A stretch of 64,000 nucleotides of DNA, from the IMG/VR virus record IMGVR_UViG_3300014720_000002. The stretch is one strand, 5' to 3'. The position numbers were made by a program, and so were the translations under genes. The notes beneath the pieces were generated by a model that was not told the origin of the DNA, ran no database searches, and saw only the letters and a list, made by a program, of their open reading frames with translations. How positions within the stretch are numbered: position 1 is the stretch's first letter; the number at the start of each line of letters is the position of its first letter. This document shows, in pieces, positions 55,070 to 64,000 of the stretch. This stretch comes from a virus.

Positions 55070-57238
55070 ATGCTGACTACCGAGTATCCAGACGGGCGGC
55101 GGGCATTGGCTGCCGCCATGCTCAGCCTCCAGGCCGACAACCGTGTCGGCCTCTGCCGGGAAGACCTGCTGACCTACATCGACCGCCGCAAGCACCGAAC
55201 TGGTGACGACAGAGACGGCTGCTCAACCTGGAATGGAGGCGCGGCTTCCAGCACCCGCAAGGTGCTCAAGTTCCTGCTGCGGCTCTTCAGGGTCAACAAT
55301 GCCGCCGAGTTCGTGAACATCCGCCAGCGGACGATCGACTCGGAAGGGTTTGTGCGCATCTTCCGGGCTGAGATTCAGAACGCCGTGAAGCTGGGTCACA
55401 CGGCCGTAGGTGTTGCGCTCCAGAGGCTGGAGGAGGCGGGCATCATCTCGCGGAAGCATGGCACTGACGAGGCTGGATACCAGATGGCCTGGTTCCGGCT
55501 CGAACCGCGTGGCATCTACACCGTCCTCCAGAATCTGACACGGTTCCGTCAGGCGCGGGAGGATATGCGGGCCGCTGAGATCCTGATTGACACCGTGGTT
55601 GCCGATCCGTCCGTCGAGTTGGTGGAAGTGGATCATGACGAGGAGGATAAATCCAAAGACACCCGACAAAACCGGGCTGTTTTTTCGGAGGAGCCTATGC
55701 CGGAGGTCCGGCAAATTATATCCCATGCTGGTGCTGGCGTTTCTGGCGTTGCTGGGTCGGTGCCTAGTGTTGCTTCAACAGGCGTGACGCCGGGGGTTGC
55801 GGATGTGGTGATGAAGATGCCAGATGCGCCGGATGACCAGCAAGAGGGATTGAAGAATTCCCCGGCTGCGCCGGCGGAGGTTCTCCAACCGGAAGAGGGG
55901 AAGCCGGCTCCCGGCGGGCTGAGCCCCGAGCGCCAGCAGCAGATCCAGCAGATGGACGCCGCCGCCCGGCGGTCCGGCCTGAAGCTGGCCCCCTGCGCCC
56001 TGGAAGGCGGCGCTCCCTTCCTCATTCCGGTCGGCATGCAGATCAGCTATCCCCGGCTGAACAAGGACGGATCTGTCTTCAAGCCTTCACAGCCTCATTA
56101 CCTGAGCGCCCGGCCCGAGCCGCCTGCCGAACCGCCGCCGCTACCCGCGGTGGCCAAATGTCCCGAGTTGAGTGTTGAGCGCGAACTCAACCTCACCCGC
56201 TCATCCTCCCCGGAGCAAGCGACGCGGATTGTCCTGCCGCACGCGGAATACGAAGTGTTGAAGGTGCTGGTCAGGATTTTCAACCTGGGCGAGGAAGGGA
56301 TGAACAACCAGCAGATGAAGAAGTTCCTGGCCTGGGTAAGACACCCTTCCCCGGCCGTCCGAATGACTGAGCACAGTCTGGTGATTTACGAGCTTGCGCG
56401 GGAGAACTCCCACAACGTCAAAGACTGGTGGCTGGAGTGCCAGTTGGATTTCTTTTTGAAGACCTGGCCCATGATTCACCGGATCGTCTTCGCTGACCGT
56501 GAAGTGACGGCAGCTTACACTGACGCCCGGTTCCGGGCGGCCTGCATCGCCTACGCCCGGCCGGAGCAGTTTCTCAAGCGTCAAATACATCTGGCGGCTG
56601 AACACCTTTCCCGGTCGCTGTTTGCGCAGCCTACGGTGGACCCAGCCGGCTGGCTCATTGATCGTTCCAAGACCAACTGCCCGGACGCGCAGGCGACCCT
56701 CTACATGACCCATCTCCGCAACCCGGCGATCTGGCCGTTCATGATGTCCACCGATCCCAACGGGGCGGTGACCGCCGCCCGGGCCGGATTTGACATGGCT
56801 GGCTCGCAGATGCGTGACGCGATGGCGGCGCGCAATGCCCACCTGATCGTCTGCCTCATCGAGTCCACCCGGCGCAACGAACACTGGCCGGAACTGGACA
56901 ACGACTGGGTGCGCCAGCAGGTCCGGCAGATGATCGACCTGTTCGAGCCGCTGCGCCGAGTGCTTGAACACTTCGGTGTGTTCTACAACTACAAGGACAT
57001 CGGCATCATCAGCGTGGCGACGGCTGCCCCGCACCTGGTCCACGGCCGGGACACGGACGCGATCCACGAGCACTATGCCGTGCAGGCCAAGGCTATCGCC
57101 CGTTCCCGGCAGCGCTTTGAGTTGCCGTTCTTTGGCCGGCTGGCCGTCCTGGCCGGTTGCTTGGATGACGCACGCATAGAGATTATGGGCGAGGATGTGA
57201 CCGCCTTGATTCAACCGTTTTATGCCCATGCCCACTGA
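55070..57238 (+). CDS. Putative replication initiator / origin-binding protein (N-terminal winged HTH)
   Basis: 722 aa; 'LGHTAVGVALQRLEEAGIISRK...WFRL' is a wHTH pattern, followed by a low-complexity linker. Lies between dnaB and the primase. Confidence 0.45.
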   Translation: MLTTEYPDGRRALAAAMLSLQADNRVGLCREDLLTYIDRRKHRTGDDRDGCSTWNGGAASSTRKVLKFLLRLFRVNNAAEFVNIRQRTIDSEGFVRIFRAEIQNAVKLGHTAVGVALQRLEEAGIISRKHGTDEAGYQMAWFRLEPRGIYTVLQNLTRFRQAREDMRAAEILIDTVVADPSVELVEVDHDEEDKSKDTRQNRAVFSEEPMPEVRQIISHAGAGVSGVAGSVPSVASTGVTPGVADVVMKMPDAPDDQQEGLKNSPAAPAEVLQPEEGKPAPGGLSPERQQQIQQMDAAARRSGLKLAPCALEGGAPFLIPVGMQISYPRLNKDGSVFKPSQPHYLSARPEPPAEPPPLPAVAKCPELSVERELNLTRSSSPEQATRIVLPHAEYEVLKVLVRIFNLGEEGMNNQQMKKFLAWVRHPSPAVRMTEHSLVIYELARENSHNVKDWWLECQLDFFLKTWPMIHRIVFADREVTAAYTDARFRAACIAYARPEQFLKRQIHLAAEHLSRSLFAQPTVDPAGWLIDRSKTNCPDAQATLYMTHLRNPAIWPFMMSTDPNGAVTAARAGFDMAGSQMRDAMAARNAHLIVCLIESTRRNEHWPELDNDWVRQQVRQMIDLFEPLRRVLEHFGVFYNYKDIGIISVATAAPHLVHGRDTDAIHEHYAVQAKAIARSRQRFELPFFGRLAVLAGCLDDARIEIMGEDVTALIQPFYAHAH

Positions 57239-57464
57239 ACACACCGAGACGGAACGTCTCATCGGTGCTGGCCATCGGCACGACCTGGAAGTGATCGAAG
57301 CGGTCGCTGAAGCGTGCCCCGGAAGTTACCGGGTGGTCCGTTGGTGCAAGGTTTGCGGGGCGGTGGTGGTGGACATTGATGTGGACAACCGCACCCAGCC
57401 CGGCGCGGTGATGAAGATGAAGTTCCCTGAGTTCCTGAAGGAAATTACATGCCGTCCCTCCTGA
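57222..57464 (+). CDS. Small Zn-ribbon-like protein
   Basis: 80 aa; 'GHRH...VRWCKVCGAVVVD'. Confidence 0.5.
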   Translation: MPMPTEHTETERLIGAGHRHDLEVIEAVAEACPGSYRVVRWCKVCGAVVVDIDVDNRTQPGAVMKMKFPEFLKEITCRPS

Positions 57465-58684
57465 CCGACGCCGAGAAGGCTACCCTCCGCTCCCGGATGC
57501 GCGGGACCGCCAGTTCTCCGACCACGCTGTCGGATGAAATGCTGTCCATTGCTCACGAGCTTTGTGCCATCCATGGCGACATCCGGGTGACGCTGGAAAA
57601 GAGCGGCATCCACTTCTACATGGCTTCCCCGGAGTGCCTGATGCAGGACGGCCGGACGGAACTGACCAAAAAGCACCTGGCCGTCAACGTGACCAAGGCA
57701 GTCGCTGGTGACAAGCTGTGTGCCATGTGCATGAAGACCGGCAAGCCTTACGGACTGCGCCAGCTTCTGCGGATGCGTCCGCTGGCCGACCGTGGATTTC
57801 CCATTCACGGCAAGGCCAAGGTGTCAGTGCCGGACATGGACCAGAGTAACTTGGAGCCGGATGCCAACGGCAACCTGGTGCCAAAGAGCCCAGGGACGGT
57901 GGTGCCGCTGGCGACGCTGCCGGCCGGGCATCCGGCGTTGATCTACTGCGCGGAGCGGCGGTTCGACCCGCTGGCGCTCGGCCGGCATTACCGCGCTGGT
58001 TTCTGCACCCAGCCCCGGACGGATGTGCATTACCGCCGGTTGGGGCAGGGGCTTTGCGCCTCACCCCATGGCCGGCTGGTGCTGTTCATCGTCCAGGATG
58101 GCGTGGTGGCCGGCTGGCAGGCGCGCATGCTGGAGTTGTCGCGCGACGGTGTCCGTTACCTCTGGCATCCCGAGGACAACTGCTGGCGGCCTTACGCCCA
58201 GGAAGTGCCTGGCGCCAAGCCGCAGATGCTGGATGGATGGGAGGAAGTGGACATCCCACGCTACCTGTTCTCCCGGGGCGGCAACCGCAACGGTTGCATC
58301 ATGGGGTTGGATGCGGCCATGCAGGCATCGCAGACGGCGCGTGACCATCGGGGCCGTCGATTTGTGATCCTGTGCGAGGGTCCTCTCACTGCGGCCAGGT
58401 TCATACCTCACGGCGTGGCGTGTATGGGCAAGTATCTCAGCGTCGAGCAGATGGCGCTGCTGGCCAGCCGGTTCGACCGTGTGGTCTATGTGCCGGACAA
58501 CGACAAGGCCGGCGAGGAATCGGCGGCGTCGTTTCTGGAGAACATGGCAGCGTTCCACGCTGGCACGTCAGTTGAGTTGGCGCGGCTTCCTGCGCGCATC
58601 AACGATGCGGCTGAGCTTTCTCCGTTGGAAGGTGATTTGCTGGTTTCACAGGTGCAGCGTTGCTGCGCGATCTTCATCCCATGA
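57449..58684 (+). CDS. DnaG-type (TOPRIM) DNA primase
   Basis: N-terminal Cys cluster (SPEC...CAMC), RLVLFIVQDGVVAGWQAR, TOPRIM ILCEGPL, VPDND and NDAAE. Confidence 0.85.
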   Translation: MPSLLTDAEKATLRSRMRGTASSPTTLSDEMLSIAHELCAIHGDIRVTLEKSGIHFYMASPECLMQDGRTELTKKHLAVNVTKAVAGDKLCAMCMKTGKPYGLRQLLRMRPLADRGFPIHGKAKVSVPDMDQSNLEPDANGNLVPKSPGTVVPLATLPAGHPALIYCAERRFDPLALGRHYRAGFCTQPRTDVHYRRLGQGLCASPHGRLVLFIVQDGVVAGWQARMLELSRDGVRYLWHPEDNCWRPYAQEVPGAKPQMLDGWEEVDIPRYLFSRGGNRNGCIMGLDAAMQASQTARDHRGRRFVILCEGPLTAARFIPHGVACMGKYLSVEQMALLASRFDRVVYVPDNDKAGEESAASFLENMAAFHAGTSVELARLPARINDAAELSPLEGDLLVSQVQRCCAIFIP

Positions 58685-58956
58685 GCGAGTATTGGCACAA
58701 CAACGCGGTGCAGTTCACTCGGCTGGTTGCTGAGTTGGAAGCCTGCGGGGCGTTCACCCCGCAGGTGATGCTGGATCTGTCGGAGAGCATGGATCTCACC
58801 CACGAGGAGATCTCGGAACTGGTGGACCGAGCGCAGACGGACTGGGAGGCGATCAAGAATCGGCACTGCCCTCCTTCGCAGCGTCCCGCATCCGGCGTGC
58901 GCCTCAGACTGACTGCCACCACGATTGGACCTCTACCTCAGTTTGATGAAGCATGA
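58681..58956 (+). CDS. Hypothetical protein
   Basis: 91 aa from ATG 58681, ATGA overlaps at both ends. Confidence 0.55.
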   Translation: MSEYWHNNAVQFTRLVAELEACGAFTPQVMLDLSESMDLTHEEISELVDRAQTDWEAIKNRHCPPSQRPASGVRLRLTATTIGPLPQFDEA

Positions 58957-61900
58957 GCGATAATCTTGAAATCAGTGACGCCGAGTGGGAGGCGTCAGCC
59001 GCCGCCGTGGATGGACTGTCCTCGGCACCGACCCAGGCGGCTCCACCGCCGATGGTCCAGCCCGAGTTGCCGCCTGTGCCGGACGGCTGGGAGTATCCGC
59101 TCGACTTCGTCGGCTGCACGCCGCCGCAATCGCTGTGGCGCAGCCGGCGCATCGGCATCAAGTTCTACGAGAACCGCTTCGGCCCGCCTGAACAGGGGCT
59201 GATGCACCTGGCAGGCACGGGCACCAAGAAGGCCCCCGTGATGTTCATCAGCCCGTGCGCCCTCCAGGAGGAGCTTCGCACAGGCTACAGCAGCCAGCCG
59301 GCGTGCCTGAAGGGGGCACCAGGGAACCTGTTCCGCCGGAACCTCGGCCGGACTGGGTTCCAGGACGAGGACTGGTTCTACACCAACCTGGTCAAATACA
59401 ACCTCCCCCGGCTCAAGCCCAAGGCCGCCGACATCCGCTGGAGCCTGCCCGCCCTGCTGGACGAGATCGAGGTCAACCGCCCCAAGATCATCGTCTGCCT
59501 GGGCAAGCCCGCCTTCGATGTCCTGCTGAAGCTCAAGCTCAAGGTGGATGACGTGCAGGGGGCCTTCTTCCGGAGCGAGGAGCACGACTGCCTCATCTAC
59601 GTGATGGACGCCATCACCCGGCCCCTGCTGGCGCCGGAGTATCTGGAGCGGTTCATCACCGACCTGAAGCAGGTCAAGAAGGCCCTCAACGAGACGCGGG
59701 GCATCATCATACCCAAGGTGGCGGTGGAATACACCACCCTCACCCGGACGGAACACCTGGGCAACCTCCTGGCCGATCTCAAGCGCCAGCAGGTGCCCTG
59801 GGTGGCCGTGGATTCGGAGTGGCAGGGGCAGACCTACGTTTCAGGGCATCTCAGGCTGTTTCAATGGGCCTGGGCACCCGGCCGGGCTGCCGCCGTTCAC
59901 TTCACGGACGAGAAGGGGAACTACCTCTTCGACCGCCCCGTGCCGGAGGTGGCCCAGGCGCTGAGCCCGTTCTTCAACGACCCCAAGCTGAAGTTCATTG
60001 GTCACTACGGAGCCGCCGACGCCGTGTGGATGCGCCACCACCTCAACATAGAGGTGTATCAGCGCTTCATGTTCGACACCATGTTCGCCCAGCACACCAT
60101 CGACGAGGCCGCAGACCTTAAGCTGGAGCGGCTGGCGGTGCGCTACACGGACCTGGGACGCTACGACCTGGACCTGACCATCTGGAAGAAGCAGAACAAG
60201 TTCGACGAGGAAGAGAACGAGGGTTACGGCAAGGTCCCGGACGACATCCTGGTGCCCTACTCAATGCGGGACGTGGACTGCACGATCCGCTGCTTCCCCA
60301 TCCTCCTCCACAAACTGCAGGAGCAGGGGCTGCTCGACTACTACTTCAACTTCTGCAACCCCTTCGTAACCGACGGGTTTGTGGAGTTGAGCGAGACGGG
60401 CATCCCCATCAACAAGGGTTACCTGGATGAGATGCGGGAGATCTTCATCCGCAACCGGGATCTGCTCAACGGCGAGTTCAGAAAGGCCGTCCATGCCGAG
60501 GCCCAGGGCAGCCTGACCTGCCTGCTGATGAACCACGGCAAGGACCCCATGCAGGGTCTGACGCTCTACCAGCAGTTGTTCGACCTACAGCGCGAGCACT
60601 ACAAGGAACTGGGTTGGGAGGGCAACACCCTCTACCTCAAGCCGCTGGGACCCATGCCGGCCTCCGTGGAGTTCGAGGACGCCGTGGAGTTGCTCCAGGC
60701 GTTCATCGGCCCGGAGCGCTGGGCCAAGGTCATCCCCGTGTTCATGCACTGGTGGGAGTCCCCAGGGTTCGGCATCAACTCGGCGGAGCACCTGCGCCGG
60801 TGGCTCTTCGACGTGAAAGGGTTCACGCCGATCAAGACCACCAAGAAGGACGGCATCACCATGGGGTGGGACAGGGTATTGTCGCTCCCCAAGGACAAGC
60901 AGGCGGAATACACCCCCGCCGCCGACAAGCAGACGGTCAAGGTGTTCGCCGACAAGGACGCGATGGTGGGCCAGCTTCAGGAACTGAAGTCGGTCAACAA
61001 CATCGTCAAGTCCTTCCTCCCCGGCGTGGACGAGGACGGCCGGGAGCGGGGCATCCACAAGTGGATCCAGCCTGACAACCGGGTGCACGCCAACTTCTCC
61101 CTCACGGAGACAGCGCGCCCCCGTGCCTGGAAGCCAAATATCTTGAACTGGCCAAAGTATGTGGCCAAGCCCATCGAGAAGGCGTTTGCCCGGCTCATGG
61201 CGCTGGATCCGGCCCTGAGCCAGAAGCCGACTTCGTTGAGGTCAGCCGCCGAGGCACCGGAGGGGTGGGCGCTGATCGACATGGACTTGCAGACGGCGGA
61301 GGTCGTGGCGCTGGCCTACCTCTCCGGCGACGAGAACATGATCCGGGTGCTTACCGAGGAGGACTCGCAGTTTGGACGGATTGACAAGAACAACCCGAAG
61401 AAGGTGGTGCGGCTGGGCTACAACGCGAACTCGGGTTATCCGCAGGACGCGTGGGACCACAGCCTGATTGTGGCGCCGGATGATCCGCGCCTGCTGCGCC
61501 GCGCTGATGGCTCCATCCTGCATCCCAAGCGCGATCTGCACTGGGAGTTTGGTGAGACGGTGGCAGGCAAGTCGCGCGAGAAGCTGGATGAGGAGGCGAG
61601 TCGAGGGGGTGTGGGGAAGGTCGGCAACTTTAGTATCCCTTATGGAGCCTCAGGAACTGCATTAGAGCGGCTCATTGAAGCGAACACCGGCAAGAAGCCT
61701 GAACCTGGCACGGGCGACCGGATGATCCAGAGCTACGCGACCCGGTATCCGATTGCGCAGCAGTTTCTGGAGTGGATGGAGCGCCAGGTCACTGATCCCG
61801 GGTTCTACCGGGCACTCAGCGGGCGGGTGCGCCATTTTGCGGCTGGGCAGGTGATCGACCTGGAGGGGCTGTCTGAATATACCAAGAAGGGGATACTGCA

Positions 61901-62231
61901 GGGAGTGAACCGGCAGGCGCGTAATTTCCCAATGCAAAATTTGGTAGCAGACACTACAGGTAGTGCTCTTGTCAGCTTTTTGGCGGCAAGACGACGGCTC
62001 GGTCTGTCTGGTCGGGTGATGATGCTTCTCTACGATGCAATGACCGTGTTGTGTCCGTTGGATGAGTTGAAAGTAACTGTGCCCGTGCTGCGCGACTGTC
62101 TGACTGTGCTTAGACCCTGGGAAGCGCACGGGCGAAAGTTTCACTTCGATGTGGACGTGGCTGTGACCAAACGGTGGGGCGTGAAGCCCACCAAAGATCA
62201 GAAGGCAATCTTCGATCAGTGGATGGCATGA
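58953..62231 (+). CDS. polA: Family A DNA polymerase with N-terminal UDG-family-4-like domain and 3'-5' exonuclease
   Basis: UDG-like (APVMFI...GAPGNLF...YTNLVKY...RPKIIVCLG), Exo I VDSE, Exo III YSMRD, TETARPRAWKPNILNWP, motif A DMDLQTAE, motif B KVGNFSIPYG, RQARNFPMQ and motif C LLYDAM. Confidence 0.92.
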   Translation: MSDNLEISDAEWEASAAAVDGLSSAPTQAAPPPMVQPELPPVPDGWEYPLDFVGCTPPQSLWRSRRIGIKFYENRFGPPEQGLMHLAGTGTKKAPVMFISPCALQEELRTGYSSQPACLKGAPGNLFRRNLGRTGFQDEDWFYTNLVKYNLPRLKPKAADIRWSLPALLDEIEVNRPKIIVCLGKPAFDVLLKLKLKVDDVQGAFFRSEEHDCLIYVMDAITRPLLAPEYLERFITDLKQVKKALNETRGIIIPKVAVEYTTLTRTEHLGNLLADLKRQQVPWVAVDSEWQGQTYVSGHLRLFQWAWAPGRAAAVHFTDEKGNYLFDRPVPEVAQALSPFFNDPKLKFIGHYGAADAVWMRHHLNIEVYQRFMFDTMFAQHTIDEAADLKLERLAVRYTDLGRYDLDLTIWKKQNKFDEEENEGYGKVPDDILVPYSMRDVDCTIRCFPILLHKLQEQGLLDYYFNFCNPFVTDGFVELSETGIPINKGYLDEMREIFIRNRDLLNGEFRKAVHAEAQGSLTCLLMNHGKDPMQGLTLYQQLFDLQREHYKELGWEGNTLYLKPLGPMPASVEFEDAVELLQAFIGPERWAKVIPVFMHWWESPGFGINSAEHLRRWLFDVKGFTPIKTTKKDGITMGWDRVLSLPKDKQAEYTPAADKQTVKVFADKDAMVGQLQELKSVNNIVKSFLPGVDEDGRERGIHKWIQPDNRVHANFSLTETARPRAWKPNILNWPKYVAKPIEKAFARLMALDPALSQKPTSLRSAAEAPEGWALIDMDLQTAEVVALAYLSGDENMIRVLTEEDSQFGRIDKNNPKKVVRLGYNANSGYPQDAWDHSLIVAPDDPRLLRRADGSILHPKRDLHWEFGETVAGKSREKLDEEASRGGVGKVGNFSIPYGASGTALERLIEANTGKKPEPGTGDRMIQSYATRYPIAQQFLEWMERQVTDPGFYRALSGRVRHFAAGQVIDLEGLSEYTKKGILQGVNRQARNFPMQNLVADTTGSALVSFLAARRRLGLSGRVMMLLYDAMTVLCPLDELKVTVPVLRDCLTVLRPWEAHGRKFHFDVDVAVTKRWGVKPTKDQKAIFDQWMA

Positions 62232-62638
62232 TGACACCGTTGAACGAGGCGCAGGAAGTCCTGTTGGACATTGAGCGCTGTCTCGAAACTCTGTCGAACG
62301 CCGGATACTCCGGATTTGCCGGTGAAGTGAAGACCATGACGGAAAGGGCAAGGGCGCTGATTGCGCAGGCTGCCGAGCCGGTGGTGTTGGTGATGGTTGC
62401 CGATTCAGAAAGTTCGGGGTTGCCATCGCTACCCCGGCTGTGGTTTCTTGGATCTACCGCGCGCGTGAAGGCGGCGGTCGTCATCCAGGACGAGAAGGCC
62501 GGCAGCAGTTTTCATGTGATGACTGCTGCGCCGGTAGTCAGGAAAAACGAGTTGTTCGAGGTCGCTTGCGACCTGCTGGCCTCCGAAATACAGAAAGGCA
62601 CCGTGCCATTGGCGTCGGTGCAGCAGATCCTACAATAA
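62228..62638 (+). CDS. Hypothetical protein
   Basis: 136 aa from ATG 62228 (ATGA overlap). Confidence 0.5.
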   Translation: MMTPLNEAQEVLLDIERCLETLSNAGYSGFAGEVKTMTERARALIAQAAEPVVLVMVADSESSGLPSLPRLWFLGSTARVKAAVVIQDEKAGSSFHVMTAAPVVRKNELFEVACDLLASEIQKGTVPLASVQQILQ

Positions 62639-62640
62639 CT

Positions 62641-64000
62641 ATGCCCGCTCTAATTACTGGTGGCGCTCAGGGTGAGTCCGAGCGCCGTGGTTCGTCTCCG
62701 CTGGTGCATCCGGGAATCCCGATGACCGAGTTGGTGGTGAAGCGTCAGACGACGCTTCGCCTGTTGCCGTCGCACGATTACAGTCTCGATACGTCGGACC
62801 CTGCGTTCAAGCGCAGCGTGCTGCCCTATCGCGACATCACCAATCCGGACAAGGACGGACACGGGAGTTTCACCTCCTGGTATTTCGCCCTCAAGGTGCA
62901 CCGCTTCGTCGGACGGACCGGTCGCACGTTCGTGTCGCCGCTCACGATGGTAAAGAACGGCGACCGGGCCGGCACTGATCCGATCCTGGAGTGCTGGTTC
63001 TCAGCCCGGCGCAAGGACAGTCCGCAGCACTGGCAGGTGCTCGCTAACAAAGGCAAGGACGCGGCCGGCAAGGAGACCAAGCCGGCGCTGCAGGGACCAC
63101 GCGGTCTGTTCGTTGCCAACGCCGTGGTCGAGAACAACGGTCGGTGGTTCAATTCTCTGGTGTCTGGTTCGGAAGGCTCGCTGATGGATCTGAAGCGGAC
63201 GCTGAACATGAAGCGCCCGTATGACTGTCCGGAGCGTGACCCGAAGTGGCCGCAGTATGTGCTCGGTGATGTCACCAGCCTGGAGTCTGGGCTGGTCGGC
63301 ACGGCGGCACCTGGCAACATCGGCGACGCGATGGAGATGACCACGTCCGTCATCTCCTTCGCCCGGTCGCGCGATACCAACATTGGTGCTCGTCCCTGGC
63401 CGCTGAATCCCGCCAATCCTCAGGATCTGGCGTTGATCGAGGGTCGGTTCACGATCGGCGATGTTGACAAGGTGCTGCGGGTCTGGAGCGCCGAAGAGAT
63501 GTTGGAGTTCATGGTGGCGGATGGTTTTCTGCCCTACGACCTGATCGAGTCGGCGTGCAGCCTCTACTGGAAGGTTCCGGCGTATCGTCAGCCGGTCATC
63601 TCGACACCGCCGGCCGCGCAGCAGAGTGCTCCGGTGTCTGCTCCTCCGGCGCCTGCTGCCAATCCGCATCTGAACGCCATGTTTTGGATGTCGGTTGGCG
63701 GTGCTGCGGCTGAGCATGTGTCTGGCGCTGTCGTGCAGTCTCGGGTGAGCGCCGGCACGGCGAACATTCAGGTGTTTGCACAGGGTGATACGGTTTGGCG
63801 TAAGCCGGCCGACTTCGGCTTTGTGGCTCCTCCGCCTCCGCGTCAGGATGATGTGCCGTGGGGTGCTGCTCCGCCGACGCCTCCGGCGCAGCAGTTCGTT
63901 CCTCCGCCGCAGGCGGCTCCCCAGCCGGCTCCTCCGGTGATGGCCGCGCCTCCGGCGCAGCAGTTCGTTCCTCCGCCGCAGGCGGCTCCCCAGCCGGCTC
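62641..64000 (+). CDS. Partial ORF running off the window; putative gp32-like ssDNA-binding protein with Pro/Gln-rich tail
   Basis: ATG 62641 (MPALITGG...TTLRLLPSHD...WYFALKVHRFVG...) is open to 64000. It is missing from the ORF track because it has no stop in the window. The 'LRLLP' N-terminus and position after polA suggest an SSB. Confidence 0.45.
   Translation, partial: MPALITGGAQGESERRGSSPLVHPGIPMTELVVKRQTTLRLLPSHDYSLDTSDPAFKRSVLPYRDITNPDKDGHGSFTSWYFALKVHRFVGRTGRTFVSPLTMVKNGDRAGTDPILECWFSARRKDSPQHWQVLANKGKDAAGKETKPALQGPRGLFVANAVVENNGRWFNSLVSGSEGSLMDLKRTLNMKRPYDCPERDPKWPQYVLGDVTSLESGLVGTAAPGNIGDAMEMTTSVISFARSRDTNIGARPWPLNPANPQDLALIEGRFTIGDVDKVLRVWSAEEMLEFMVADGFLPYDLIESACSLYWKVPAYRQPVISTPPAAQQSAPVSAPPAPAANPHLNAMFWMSVGGAAAEHVSGAVVQSRVSAGTANIQVFAQGDTVWRKPADFGFVAPPPPRQDDVPWGAAPPTPPAQQFVPPPQAAPQPAPPVMAAPPAQQFVPPPQAAPQPA
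63878..64000 (+). repeat. 69-nt-period direct repeat encoding PPAQQFVPPPQAAPQPA
   Basis: A 54-nt identical block at 63878-63931 and 63947-64000. Confidence 0.9.

Noticed and set aside
63878-64000. Possible CRISPR or terminal repeat
   Set aside because: In-frame coding repeat of a Pro-rich peptide with only two copies visible.
1-64000. tRNA, rRNA, integrase, transposase, intein or stop-codon recoding
   Set aside because: No cloverleaf or TTCGA arm, integrase/transposase or intein motifs were seen, and long genes read intact in the standard code.

Overview
This window looks like a 64-kb slice of a large, high-GC myovirus (contractile-tail, probably jumbo) phage genome. It is almost entirely coded on the + strand, and many genes are coupled by ATGA/TGATG overlaps. 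1-28 kb is the neck/tail/baseplate module: neck proteins, a 1459-aa decorated tail sheath, tail tube, spike/hub, tail assembly chaperone with a probable -1 frameshift, tape measure, baseplate wedges, and a sigma-70-family factor inside the module. 28-33.7 kb is a cassette of fibre, collagen and lectin-like genes. 33.7-42 kb is a mixed block with the only two credible minus-strand genes (a degenerate primase-like protein and the terminase large subunit), a ParB-like fusion and a hairpin-rich non-coding gap. 42-64 kb is a replication/recombination module: RNase H, NAD-dependent ligase, SbcD/SbcC, SF2 helicase, DnaB, a putative wHTH initiator, DnaG-type primase, a family A polymerase with a degenerate UDG domain, and a partial SSB-like gene. 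Most notable: (i) a stand-alone minimal RAMP (Cas7/Csm3/Csf2-like) gene directly upstream of and overlapping the SF2 helicase, with no CRISPR array or other cas gene in the window; (ii) a roughly 170-nt, extensively base-paired, possibly pseudoknotted or switchable RNA element with a leader ORF and an antisense-oriented hairpin upstream of the putative initiator; (iii) a second hairpin-rich non-coding gap at about 37.9-38.2 kb; (iv) divergent genes whose start codons share one CATG. All protein calls come from motif recognition by eye; no searches were run. The ORF track labels 33734..36226 as '+', but that protein reads from the minus strand.
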